From positions 30,595 to 94,594 of IMG/VR virus record IMGVR_UViG_3300046692_000130: DNA of 64,000 nt, one strand, 5' to 3'. Position 1 is the stretch's first letter, and every line of letters starts with the position of its first letter. The position numbers and the translations under genes were made by a program. A model generated the notes under the pieces. It did not search any database. It saw only the letters and a list, made by a program, of their open reading frames with translations, and was not told the origin of the DNA. Origin of the DNA: a virus. Positions 1 through 10,300 of the stretch are shown piece by piece.

Positions 1-2
1 GC

Positions 3-239
3 GAGATGGGACGTGAACGATTCGTTCCAACACAGAACGGAAGGATAGTCCCGAACAACAAGCTCGGCGGCGACTCGCACACGTACCACATCGACGCATC
101 TGGTAGCAGCAACCCTGCAGCCACAGAGGCGGCGGTTCATCGCGCTATGCAGAAGGCTTTGCCACACTCAGTCGCTGCAAGTGTGCAGACACAACATCAA
201 CAGAAACTCAGATCACCTGCAGGAGCACGGAGAGGCTAA
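3..239 (+). CDS. Tail tape measure protein, C-terminal fragment (truncated by window start)
   Basis: EMGRERFVP resembles the GExGPELFVP motif of lambdoid tape measure C-termini; lies directly before tail-tip genes. Confidence 0.7.
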   Translation, partial: EMGRERFVPTQNGRIVPNNKLGGDSHTYHIDASGSSNPAATEAAVHRAMQKALPHSVAASVQTQHQQKLRSPAGARRG

Positions 240-865
240 TGGCAATAGTTGGACAGTTCAACGGCAACAAGATCATCTCCGTGCCGTCCTCGCCGGGATT
301 CAGAAGCATAGATTGGAACGCCACCGACATCGTCGGCGTAGGCACCAATACCTTCACCGGGCAACAGCAGGTTCAGTCGTGGCAGTCTGGCTTTCTTTCA
401 GGGACTGTCACGCTACCTGCTATGACACGGCAACAGGCGCGCACTTGGATCAGCTTCTTGCTGCAAGCCCAAGGCTCGTACAACGTCTTCCAGATCGGCG
501 ACAAGTTCTGCGTCAACCCTCTGGGCAGCGCGCTAGGCAGTCCCGTCACACTCGGCTTCGGCCAGTCTGGCTACACGCTGAACACGAACGGCTGGGATGC
601 ATCGGCACAGGGTGTGTTGCTGGCTGGCGACTACGTCCAGTTGGGCTACCGGCTGTACCGCTGTCTCGACGACGTCAATGCAGACGGCACCGGCAACGCA
701 AGCTTCTCGATCTGGCCACAGATAAGAGAGACGGTACCAAGTGGTACTCCTCTGATCACCACAAACACAAAAGGACTCTTCCGGTTGGCGTCGAACCAGC
801 GCTCGTGGAATGAGTCGTACATCCGCACCGTTGGACTCAGCTTCCACATCATTGAGGCGCTATAG
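239..865 (+). CDS. Distal tail (Dit-like) minor tail protein
   Basis: Follows tape measure; NTFTGQQQVQ and C-terminal GLSFHIIEAL pattern typical of siphovirus distal tail proteins. Confidence 0.65.
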   Translation: MAIVGQFNGNKIISVPSSPGFRSIDWNATDIVGVGTNTFTGQQQVQSWQSGFLSGTVTLPAMTRQQARTWISFLLQAQGSYNVFQIGDKFCVNPLGSALGSPVTLGFGQSGYTLNTNGWDASAQGVLLAGDYVQLGYRLYRCLDDVNADGTGNASFSIWPQIRETVPSGTPLITTNTKGLFRLASNQRSWNESYIRTVGLSFHIIEAL

Positions 866-1450
866 ATGCCACGTAAAGCAAGTGACGCATATGTAGCAGC
901 CCTCGCTGCACCTACGATGCTTCCGGTTCTATTCGTGGAATGCAACTTCGTCTCTGGCCCAGTGAACATCTGGACGGGCTTAGGGCAGACCACATGGAAT
1001 GGCAAGACGTGGATCGGCATGGGTTCGCTGCTCTCGATCTCAACTATTGAAGAGGGCGCTGACGTACAGGCGCGAGGAATTTCCCTCACGCTCTCGGGTA
1101 TTGACCTTGAACTACTTCAAGACACTTTGAACGAGTTTCAGGTTGGCTTGCCGGTAACGATCTGGCTGGGCCTGAGAGATCCTCAAACGAACAACCTCAT
1201 CCCTGACCCAGTGGTCAGCTTCTTGGGGCGCACCGACGAACCAACTATAGACATCGACGGGAAGAAAGCATCGATCACAGTCGCATGCGAGTCCCGGCTG
1301 ATGGATATGAACACCCCAGTTCCCTATCGCTACACGCAGGTGGATCAGCAATTGTTCTACCCCGGCGATCAAGGTTTCATGTGGGTCAACAGCATCCAGA
1401 GCATCCCCATCTACTGGGGGCAGACGAACACTACAGACGGTAACCCGTAA
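866..1450 (+). CDS. Minor tail protein (gpL/hub-like)
   Basis: WNGKTWIGMG and YTQVDQQLFYPGDQGF motifs; synteny. Confidence 0.65.
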   Translation: MPRKASDAYVAALAAPTMLPVLFVECNFVSGPVNIWTGLGQTTWNGKTWIGMGSLLSISTIEEGADVQARGISLTLSGIDLELLQDTLNEFQVGLPVTIWLGLRDPQTNNLIPDPVVSFLGRTDEPTIDIDGKKASITVACESRLMDMNTPVPYRYTQVDQQLFYPGDQGFMWVNSIQSIPIYWGQTNTTDGNP

Positions 1451-1968
1451 TGAGACATTCCGACTGGGTTTCTGCGCTGGACGCTTACTTCACAACCCAC
1501 AAGGATGCACCTTTCAGCTACGACCAGTCGAAGGGTCTCGATTGTTGCACATTCGCATTTGGCGCAATCGAGGCCCAGACCGGTATCGACATCGGGAAGG
1601 CATTCAGGGGCAACTACAACACTCGCAAAGAATCACTCAGAGTCATACACGCTTACAGCGGCAAAGCATCGCTGGAGAGTGGGGTGGAAGCGCTCATGAA
1701 CGAGCATCGCTTCCCTGAGATCCCACTACTAAGAGCACAGCGCGGCGATGCCGTGCTTATTCGCAAAGGGCAAAGATATTCGTCTCTCGGGATCGTCGCA
1801 TTGAACGGACGAGAGATTCTCACTATTTCAAACAAAGGAATTTGGCGACTTCCGCTCACTAGCGGATTTCGTGCGTGGAGTCTATGTCAAAAACAGCAGC
1901 AGAGATCGGAATCGGCGCAGCCATGGTTGGCGCTGCCTTCTTCACAGGTGGTCTCTCACTCTCCCTGA
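1450..1968 (+). CDS. NlpC/P60-like tail assembly protein (DUF6950-like)
   Basis: PFSY..DCCTF, AQRGD and RAW motifs; the last ~27 codons overlap the next gene. Confidence 0.65.
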   Translation: MRHSDWVSALDAYFTTHKDAPFSYDQSKGLDCCTFAFGAIEAQTGIDIGKAFRGNYNTRKESLRVIHAYSGKASLESGVEALMNEHRFPEIPLLRAQRGDAVLIRKGQRYSSLGIVALNGREILTISNKGIWRLPLTSGFRAWSLCQKQQQRSESAQPWLALPSSQVVSHSP

Positions 1969-4900
1969 CGGCCTTCGGTTCAGCATTCTCGCTGTCCGGT
2001 ACTGCCATCACATCATTCCTCGCTACAACCGGCGCTGGCTTCGTTATGTCAGGCGTTGGAACTCTTCTCGGTCAACGAGCGACTGGTGTACAGACGACGT
2101 CGCGCAACCCTCTCCATCCGTGGCAGGTAATTTACGGACGGACTAAGGTCGGCGGCAACATTGTCTATCTGGAGGAAGTAGGTTCGAACAACCGCATTCT
2201 CCTTCTCGTCATCGCGTTGGCATGTCATCCCTGTCAGGAAATCGAGCAGGTTTGGCTCAACAACAAAAAGCTCCAGATGCGGCTCAATACGAGCTTCAAC
2301 GATTCATCCAATCCCAACGGGTTCATGAATAGCTTCAACCCGCCTCAAGGTATCTGGAACATACAGACCATCAGCCGAGTCAACGACGTCGTTACAGTGA
2401 CGTTCGCGCAGAATCCGAACTCACTCTATACCGGCTTCAACGGCGAGACGCTATGGATTCGCAACACAATCGACAACGTCGGTGGCAACTCCTTCAACGG
2501 CTACTGGCCCGTGCAACAGACCGGCCCGAACTCTTTCACATTCACAGCAGGTGGCCCTCAAGGCGCTGGCCGTTCCTTCACAGGGACAATCAAGAGCACA
2601 TGGCCTGTCTATAACAACAACGTCACCACTGGCTTCTACCTCGGCAATCAGACACAAGCGTCTGGCATCGTTCTCGGCAACACCGCTGGGTACTGGACGA
2701 ATGATTGTCTGCTCAGTGGCAGAACGTACGTGACGATGAAGCTAGAGTATGACTCGTCACTCTTCAACGGCATGCCTGAGATCAGCTTCGTGGTCAAGGG
2801 TAAGAACGACATCTACGATCCACGCACCGGCACGACGGGCTATTCGAACAACCCAGCGCTTTGCATTGCTGACTACCTAGCGCATCCAGTGTTTGGCTTC
2901 GGCGCGCACTACGGTGCCGAGATCCCGATTGACGAACTCATCGCTGCAGCTAACGTCTGCGACGAACAGGTTCCGCTGGCTCTGGGAGGCACTGAGAACC
3001 GCTACTCCTGCGATGGGTACTTCGATGTGAGCGTACCGCGTGGAGACGTCCTGCAGAACCTCCTGACGTCGTGTGGTGGTCGCCTGACATACAACGGTGG
3101 TCAGTTCGTCATTCAACCTGCTGGCTGGTATCCCCCGGCCAACCTGATTGACATAGCTGACGGCGACTCTGGGCAGAAGATGCTTGTCTCTGATCAAGGC
3201 TTGGTCGTTCACCCATTCAACAATCCCCCGGCTCCGCAGTTCGTTCCTGACAGTAGCGGAACGGTCAAGGATCAGATGACGTTCATCATCGGCATGCTCA
3301 ATGCCTATGTAGCGACACAGAGCACCGTGGCGCTGTCCATGGCAAAGCTCTGCCTCGACGCCATCTTCCATACGATCTACCGCGACATGGTTCTGCCAGA
3401 CATCGTCGACGACACGCACATCTGGCCACCCCACTGGCTCTACAACGTCAAGCAGCCCATGCTGGACGCGAATGGCGACATCCTCCAAGTTGGGCAGAAC
3501 ATGGACAACGTCCCTGCGTTGCGCGGCCTGTCTCCTTCAAGTGGCGAGATCGACGCGACCGGCGACTCCTTCAACTGGTGCATGAGAGCCTACCTTCTGG
3601 CGGCTCAGGTACTGGACGGAGTATCACCTGTCTCTGATATCCATCACGGATACGGCGACGACTACGGCTTCGACTACGGCAACCCGGTACGGTTCGACCA
3701 GACAACACTCAGCTTCTGGCAGCACATGGCTCTTGCAACTATGCAGGAAGCTCGGTATGCCTACAACATCAGCAACCAACGTCAGTGGATCCGTCGATCG
3801 ATCAACAAAAATCCTTTCGCAATCACTGGCTCCTCTGCAACGTCAAACCTTGCTGTCGCTCCTGCAGTATCGTGCGATAGCTCGGGCAACATCGTGATCA
3901 CGTTCGTCAATCAGGTGATTACCAATGCGAATACTCGCTACAGTGTCACCGGCATCAACGACGCGTTCAACACTGGCGACTACACCATCTTCTCCTTCAT
4001 AGGCAACACGAAGGGCGACTCGTTCCAGATCCAATTGATCCTGAACGACGGCAGCACGGACTGGGTATTCACCACGACGGCACAGAGCGACAACGACTAC
4101 AACCTGCGCTTGAACAACACGGACTTCCTGAACGGTTCAGGGGAGCAGATGCCGTATGGCACACCTGTACACACTGCTACCGTGAATATCCCTGAGTCTC
4201 TTGGTGGTAACGAGAGCATCGTAATCAAGGGCGTTCGCCAGTATCCGAACAAGTCTGTACCTTATGGCAACGGTGGGGCAATCCCCTACACGGCGACATA
4301 CCAAGGCCCACTCCGCGAAGGTTCACGCCTCGGATGGGAAGGGCCAGTCTACATCGGCTACCAGAGTCCATGGGCAATCAAGCAGCTTGGCGACGAGAAC
4401 AACGTAGCAACGAACGTCCAGCTTCTGTATGACGCCCAGATGGCATGGGGCAGTACAACCCTCGCCATTCTCCAGCCAGATGTCATTCGCTTCGTGATCT
4501 CTGGAGCAAACCCCCAGACGATCAACGCACCCATCACCATTGATCGCAGTGGTAATGGTTCAGCGCAGATCACCCTCGACGGTCTCAACGAAGGTACTGA
4601 TTCGATCCAAGCGTTTCTGGATTCGAAGAGCCTGAGTTCGAACATCGCAAGGTATGCGTGGAATCCATTGTCTGGAGGCATCGGCCTCACGACCGTGAAC
4701 TCAACCACCATGGTTGCAGACGGATCAAGCTTCTTCCACGGACTGAGCGCAGTGATTGGGCAGCAGACCTTCAACAGTCTGATGTTCAACTCACACGAGC
4801 TTCCATTCGACTGGGGAGATCCACATGAGTCCCAGAACGTCGCTGACCCGATTCAGAACAATCCTCAGACTCCTGATGGTCTTTACGCTGGGGATATCCC

Positions 4901-6671
4901 GGTGCAAGGCTCGGGCGGTAGTCGCTCCATCAACATGGTCTTTACTGGTCAGTTCGTTGTCACGAGCGCTGGCCCAGTCAACTTCCAAGCCATTCTGAAC
5001 GCATCGTTTGTCATCGGTGTTCGTGGTGCTTCATACGTGAGCGGCCCTCAGCACTTTGGCCCAATCACAACCACGCCAATGACTGGCATCCAGAGCTTGG
5101 CTGGCTTCAACGAACCGGGCTACTGGCCGGGTGGTAATCAGGCGCACGAGTTCTTCACCCTGAACTTCCCTGCGCCGGGAGTCTACGACTACGAGATCTG
5201 CTTCACGGCTGGCAACTTCCACGAGAAGATGTTCTGCCTCATTGCAAATAACGCGATGATCAAGCAGGTACAGGCTCCTACAACAGCTACCGGTGACAAT
5301 CCAACTGGGCAGCTTGCTCTCGCACCTGTGAGCGGCGGCGGCTTTGTTGGTGGATCTCAGGACTACACGCTGACGGTTACTGGTGTCTCGGTACCGCCCG
5401 ACTCCGATACACACGGCACAGGGCCACTCGCTCCGGTCTTCTACTTCGACCAGCAAGACGTATCGCAGTTCGGCACAGTCAACACCTTCGGCTTCATTGG
5501 GGTGGACGACGCGTCGTGGGTCGGATACCAGTTGCGACCTCTCGTCGAGTTGACGTCACTGATGCGCGCATGCACCGGCTCAGAGAGCTACTACACACAG
5601 GCGTCAACCGTCGTGAATAAGTTGCTGTCTTGGTTCGATACGAACTGGACTGACACATACGGTGGGCCTCCGACACGCTTCACACAGACCGGCGCATCGA
5701 GGGACTACACCGATCCTCACGCTGTCGGATTACTGATGAGGGCAGTGCTCGACATGGACATGCTTCATCGTCCTAGCGGCAACGCCAGTGGCACCATGGA
5801 CGCAACTCTGCAGTCACTCTTCAACAAGTCAATGCTGTTCTTCAATCACTGGTTCCTTCAAGACGGGCCAATGAAGGGAACATTCTGCACGAACCCGACC
5901 GGCGCACAAGACTGGTTTGGCTTCTGGCATGGTGAACTGCTAACGACTTGCTCTCAGTTGTACAAGTGGGCGATCAACGCCAACATCAATGACCTCACGA
6001 CTGCATCCGAGGCATTGGCGTTCGTTTATGGATTGATCGACTTCGCAGTGGGCAACACGGCACACGTCGACCCAGATCTTGGCTACACAGTCACCGATCT
6101 GCGCGGCGGTATCAAGTGGAAGCCGAAGCTGCCGAAGCACAATCTGTACAACGGCGTGAAAGGCACATACGTCAGTGAAGCGAATCAGTGGCAGCAAAGT
6201 GACTTCCCGACGTACTGTCAGGACGCGCTACACGGCTACAGCAATGGCTCACCGGCTTATGACTATGACGCCAACTGGGAAGCAGACAAGCAGCGCTTGT
6301 TCAAGGATGTCCAGTTACCATTCACGACCTCTGTGAGCACGGCACAGCGCCTCGCGAAGATCGAACTCCTGCGAGTACGACAGCAGGGACGCGGTGTTCT
6401 GCAGGGCATGATGTCGATGTACAAGTCGACGCCTCTGGACGTGGTCATGGTCTCGTTCGCGCCATTCAATTGGCAGAACAAGATCGTTGAGATCGCGAAC
6501 ACGCGCTTGGTGCAGGAACGGTCAGACGATGGTGACGCAGTCTTTCTCGGAACAGAAGTAGATATCGCGGAGACATCCAAGAAGGTCTACGACTGGGACA
6601 CGAAGGAAGAGCTTTCAAGCCAAGGCTACTCATACCTCCCGAATCAACTCAACACATCACCCGATGCATAA
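1884..6671 (+). CDS. Tail tip / host-specificity protein (gpJ-like) with large internal insertion
   Basis: VIYGRTKVGG, VKGKNDIYDPRTG...NNPALCIADYL and LPFTTS..AQRLAKI motifs; ~970 extra aa between the conserved blocks. Confidence 0.85.
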   Translation: MSKTAAEIGIGAAMVGAAFFTGGLSLSLTAFGSAFSLSGTAITSFLATTGAGFVMSGVGTLLGQRATGVQTTSRNPLHPWQVIYGRTKVGGNIVYLEEVGSNNRILLLVIALACHPCQEIEQVWLNNKKLQMRLNTSFNDSSNPNGFMNSFNPPQGIWNIQTISRVNDVVTVTFAQNPNSLYTGFNGETLWIRNTIDNVGGNSFNGYWPVQQTGPNSFTFTAGGPQGAGRSFTGTIKSTWPVYNNNVTTGFYLGNQTQASGIVLGNTAGYWTNDCLLSGRTYVTMKLEYDSSLFNGMPEISFVVKGKNDIYDPRTGTTGYSNNPALCIADYLAHPVFGFGAHYGAEIPIDELIAAANVCDEQVPLALGGTENRYSCDGYFDVSVPRGDVLQNLLTSCGGRLTYNGGQFVIQPAGWYPPANLIDIADGDSGQKMLVSDQGLVVHPFNNPPAPQFVPDSSGTVKDQMTFIIGMLNAYVATQSTVALSMAKLCLDAIFHTIYRDMVLPDIVDDTHIWPPHWLYNVKQPMLDANGDILQVGQNMDNVPALRGLSPSSGEIDATGDSFNWCMRAYLLAAQVLDGVSPVSDIHHGYGDDYGFDYGNPVRFDQTTLSFWQHMALATMQEARYAYNISNQRQWIRRSINKNPFAITGSSATSNLAVAPAVSCDSSGNIVITFVNQVITNANTRYSVTGINDAFNTGDYTIFSFIGNTKGDSFQIQLILNDGSTDWVFTTTAQSDNDYNLRLNNTDFLNGSGEQMPYGTPVHTATVNIPESLGGNESIVIKGVRQYPNKSVPYGNGGAIPYTATYQGPLREGSRLGWEGPVYIGYQSPWAIKQLGDENNVATNVQLLYDAQMAWGSTTLAILQPDVIRFVISGANPQTINAPITIDRSGNGSAQITLDGLNEGTDSIQAFLDSKSLSSNIARYAWNPLSGGIGLTTVNSTTMVADGSSFFHGLSAVIGQQTFNSLMFNSHELPFDWGDPHESQNVADPIQNNPQTPDGLYAGDIPVQGSGGSRSINMVFTGQFVVTSAGPVNFQAILNASFVIGVRGASYVSGPQHFGPITTTPMTGIQSLAGFNEPGYWPGGNQAHEFFTLNFPAPGVYDYEICFTAGNFHEKMFCLIANNAMIKQVQAPTTATGDNPTGQLALAPVSGGGFVGGSQDYTLTVTGVSVPPDSDTHGTGPLAPVFYFDQQDVSQFGTVNTFGFIGVDDASWVGYQLRPLVELTSLMRACTGSESYYTQASTVVNKLLSWFDTNWTDTYGGPPTRFTQTGASRDYTDPHAVGLLMRAVLDMDMLHRPSGNASGTMDATLQSLFNKSMLFFNHWFLQDGPMKGTFCTNPTGAQDWFGFWHGELLTTCSQLYKWAINANINDLTTASEALAFVYGLIDFAVGNTAHVDPDLGYTVTDLRGGIKWKPKLPKHNLYNGVKGTYVSEANQWQQSDFPTYCQDALHGYSNGSPAYDYDANWEADKQRLFKDVQLPFTTSVSTAQRLAKIELLRVRQQGRGVLQGMMSMYKSTPLDVVMVSFAPFNWQNKIVEIANTRLVQERSDDGDAVFLGTEVDIAETSKKVYDWDTKEELSSQGYSYLPNQLNTSPDA

Positions 6672-6676
6672 CTTGG

Positions 6677-6706
6677 AGGGGCGCAGCGATGCGCTCCTCG
6701 CCTTTT
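6677..6706 (+). terminator. Probable intrinsic terminator
   Basis: GAGGGGCGCA-GCGA-TGCGCTCCTC followed by GCCTTTT. Confidence 0.5.
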
Positions 6707-6714
6707 GAGGATTC

Positions 6715-7383
6715 ATGGCAACTTCAACTCCAAATCTTAGTCTCGTGCAACCTCCTGCGGGTACGGATGGTTGGGCTGGCTCGATGAACGATAACCTCGA
6801 CAAGCTCGATCAGGCTATCCAAGCCCTGCGCGCACAAGTCGCAACCACTGTACAAGGCCCACCGGGCGCAACGGGTGCTACTGGCCCGACCGGCCTCGTT
6901 TGGATGGGGCCATGGTCATCTGTGATCTCTTACCCCAAGAACGCAGGTGTGAGCTACAACGGTGCTTCCTACATCGCGCTCGGCCCCAACAGCGCAGTAC
7001 AACCAGACATCAACCCAAACACATGGGGAGTGCTAGCAGTTGGTGGTGTAGGTGGTGGCGACACGGTCGTCCCTCCGTCCCTCAACAACTTGCCCTTTAC
7101 TAGCAGCTTGACAGTGGACTTCTCTACCTTGAACGCCACGCAACGCGTCGTCGTTACAACTGACGTGAGCATCACCTTGACCGGCGCTGTAGCTGGGCAG
7201 GACTGCAAGCTCATCGTCGTCCAAGACAGCGTAGGTGGTCACCAGATCTCGGGCTGGGCATCGAACGTGCTCGGCGGTGCGCTGCTCCCATCTGGAGCCA
7301 CACCCAACACATCTGCGCTCTTCGTCTTCCACTACGACGGCACGAACTATCTCCTGTCGAACATCCCAATCGCTAATCAGTAA
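6715..7383 (+). CDS. Tail fibre/adaptor protein with short collagen-like segment
   Basis: N-terminal TPNLSL fibre-type start, GPPGATGATGPTG repeat, W..Y..VSYNGASY module, VVQDSVGG C-terminal domain. Confidence 0.6.
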   Translation: MATSTPNLSLVQPPAGTDGWAGSMNDNLDKLDQAIQALRAQVATTVQGPPGATGATGPTGLVWMGPWSSVISYPKNAGVSYNGASYIALGPNSAVQPDINPNTWGVLAVGGVGGGDTVVPPSLNNLPFTSSLTVDFSTLNATQRVVVTTDVSITLTGAVAGQDCKLIVVQDSVGGHQISGWASNVLGGALLPSGATPNTSALFVFHYDGTNYLLSNIPIANQ

Positions 7384-7393
7384 AAGGATCACA

Positions 7394-10300
7394 ATGAAAC
7401 TTATGAAATACATTGCCAGCTTTTTGCTGGTGATGTTCGCACTCCTGCCTATGTCATTTGGACAGGCGAAACAGGTGGCCCCTGCTGGCGGTATCGATAC
7501 ACCGCAGATCAATCATCTGGTCATTTGTGATAACCATTACGCAAGTCTGCAGCAGTGCGTGAACGTCGCTGGCACGACGAGTAGTGTGTTGGTTCCCTAC
7601 GCCCAGCATCCGGGTGAAACCTATTCGAACCCTCACTCAGTTACCGTGCTCGACATTCGCCAGACACTGCCGTCCGGTGCGAATCCTGCCGGTACAATCT
7701 TTCAGGATCAACTCAACAATGGTAGCGGTGGTTTAGCGGCTGGAATCACGCACGGTGGCCCTAACAACCTCGACCTTCTGAACCCCGGTGCTATACAGGC
7801 GTTCCGTCTCAACTACGTCACACCGGGAACAGATACTCAAACGTATCCGCATCAGCACACGAACATCTACAACTCGTCGTCCTCGAAGCGGTACATGAGC
7901 AACGACGATATCACCCACACGATGCTGAACCTCTACATCCCAAGCGGTGGCAAGAACTACAGCAATCAGTATTCAGGTGGAGAATCGACAGCCTTTGAGA
8001 AGCCAAACCACGCCATCCTAACGCTGAACTCTCTCAAGCAAACCGAGGGACAGGGTGGTGGATACTTCGCTTCTCTTGTGAAGAATCTCGGCGTCGGCGA
8101 CACGATGATGAACACGCAGCAAGGTGTAGCGACAGGTGTGAGCGATGGTGACGACGAAGGTTTGAAGTTCTTTCGCGCCAACCTAATTCACAATCCTAGC
8201 CGCTTCGGAATGTCCATCACTTCGATTGCATCCGACTCCTATGGTAACTACGTGTTTCGTGGAACAAACACAGGCTCTTACAATGGTCTACCTTCTGAGG
8301 GACTGCCTGTCATCAATCTGTCGAAAGACTTAAATCCTTCGCAGACTGGAAACATTACTGACATTCGTGCGTATGCAGCCGACAATCGCTTTGCACAGGT
8401 GACGCCAGACACTGGCATCAACATCGCTACCCTCCTGGGTAATTCGACAGTAAGCTATACCACTTCTTCGATTGTGCCTAGCAATCTAAGTGCTGGTATC
8501 CTCACTGCCAAGAATGGTTCAGGTGGTTTGTCGAGCGCCACTGTGACAGTTACAAACGCAACCGGCTTCACTGCAAGTAGCACGATTCCGGTTTGTATTG
8601 GATCTGTGGCAGCAAACTACGAACAGACCTATATCTCAGCAGTCAATACCTCCACTAACACGCTGACCCTACAGTACGCTCGATATCAGCATGGCACGAA
8701 CGATATGGTGTCTCAGGGTGGAGCTTGTGGTTACGCTATCGCGATGAGCGCCGACGAGAAGGCTCCCGGCACTGTACCGGCCAACGATCTTGCAAGTCAG
8801 ACCACGACACTCCATAACGCTTACTACGTGATGGGTACGATCAGCGGAAACTTCATCGTCTACACGAACATGCATGCAAGTGCCGATGCCGTCCTTCATA
8901 CAGCGGCTTACACCAACACCACCCCGTTAGTGGCAGGGACGCTTACACCCTCAGTGGGTGGAGGGCAGCTTAATGGATTAGCGATCAATGGTGATGCCAA
9001 CTACTCCAACTACAGAGGAAATTTCGTAGGACAGACGACGCTTGCCTATCCTACGATCACCTTCAGTGGCGGGGGCTGCACAACTCAGCCGGTAGCAAGC
9101 GTGACGAGCTATGCCCGTCCAAGTGCTTCTCAGATCCTTCCCGTCATCACCATAACCAATCCCGGCGCAGGATGCAGTGGTTCACTCACTGCAACAATGC
9201 AAAGCAGCTACGCCAACCCGTATCACCTTTATCCTGCTACGGTCAGCTTCAAAGTAATTGACCCAAGCGCAGCCATCGATCCGAATACTGGTGAGCCTTC
9301 AGCCAGCGGCAACTACGTAATGACTGAGGCCGTCAATCCAGCGAACTGGGCGAACGGCGACACGCTCGAAATCAGTGGCTGGTGGAATCAGTACGCAGGG
9401 TCAAATGTGACGCTCGGTACTATCTACGGTGGGCAGAGCAACAACTTCAGTCTCAGACATGCTTTGCTCTTTGCTGGAGACTGGGCGGGTTCTGAACCTG
9501 TGGGCAATACCCTTAGCGGTATCGTCAACAGAACACCTTCCTCGCACTACTACAGCCCCAATGGCCCATCTCCCGGCGTTGCCTACGAACTGCCTCCAGA
9601 TGGTTTCGAGTTGGGCGGCATGATGAAGAATTCCATCTGGACATCAGATGCTCCAACTGATTCCGTGATGGCCGTAAGGTGCGTCAGTGGTGGATCCTTC
9701 TATGTGGATGCTCTTTCCCCCTGCAACTTTGGAGTGGCGCAGAGCTATCACATCTGGAAAGGCTTCACGGCTTCCAACATCGCGGCCTACGACAGCATCG
9801 ACTACAACAACGGCACGAGAACCATCACCTACAATGTGCCTAACTTTGTGTTCCAGAACGGCAACATCAGCTTTGGTTCAACGTCAGGATTTGGAACGAC
9901 ACCTAGTTTCCATACTGGCCTACAGATCAAGCATGACAACGGTGTGACCTTTGTGAATGACAACGGGCCAACGCAGATTATTCATATTTGCAATCCGTTG
10001 TTCTCTGCTTCGAATGTGCTTGGCGTAGGTGCTTGCCATCCGAGAGCGGGAGACACTGCCGACTACAACTTCGATGGTCGTTGGGATGCAGGTTATCTCA
10101 ATGCCAACGTAGCCTCTCGTACTCCTGCTTTGAGCGTGAGTCTTGCGCCTCCGGTGTTTTTGGGGTCAGCTACATGGAGTGGTACAGGCAGCGGCCATAA
10201 CTATCAGTTTGTCTTTGCTGCTATTAGCCCTCTTGGAATCATGGGGCCAATATCAGCGGATACTTTGGGCGTCTTCAATCAGGGCACTCTCGGCGGCGGC

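Noticed and set aside
3160-6080. Intein or intron as the cause of the tail-tip insertion
   Set aside because: The frame is continuous, and no intein junction (C/S...HN-C/S/T) or LAGLIDADG motifs were seen.
7235-7393. 53-aa N-terminal extension of the 1249-aa ORF
   Set aside because: It overlaps the upstream gene; the RBS and signal peptide point to ATG 7394.
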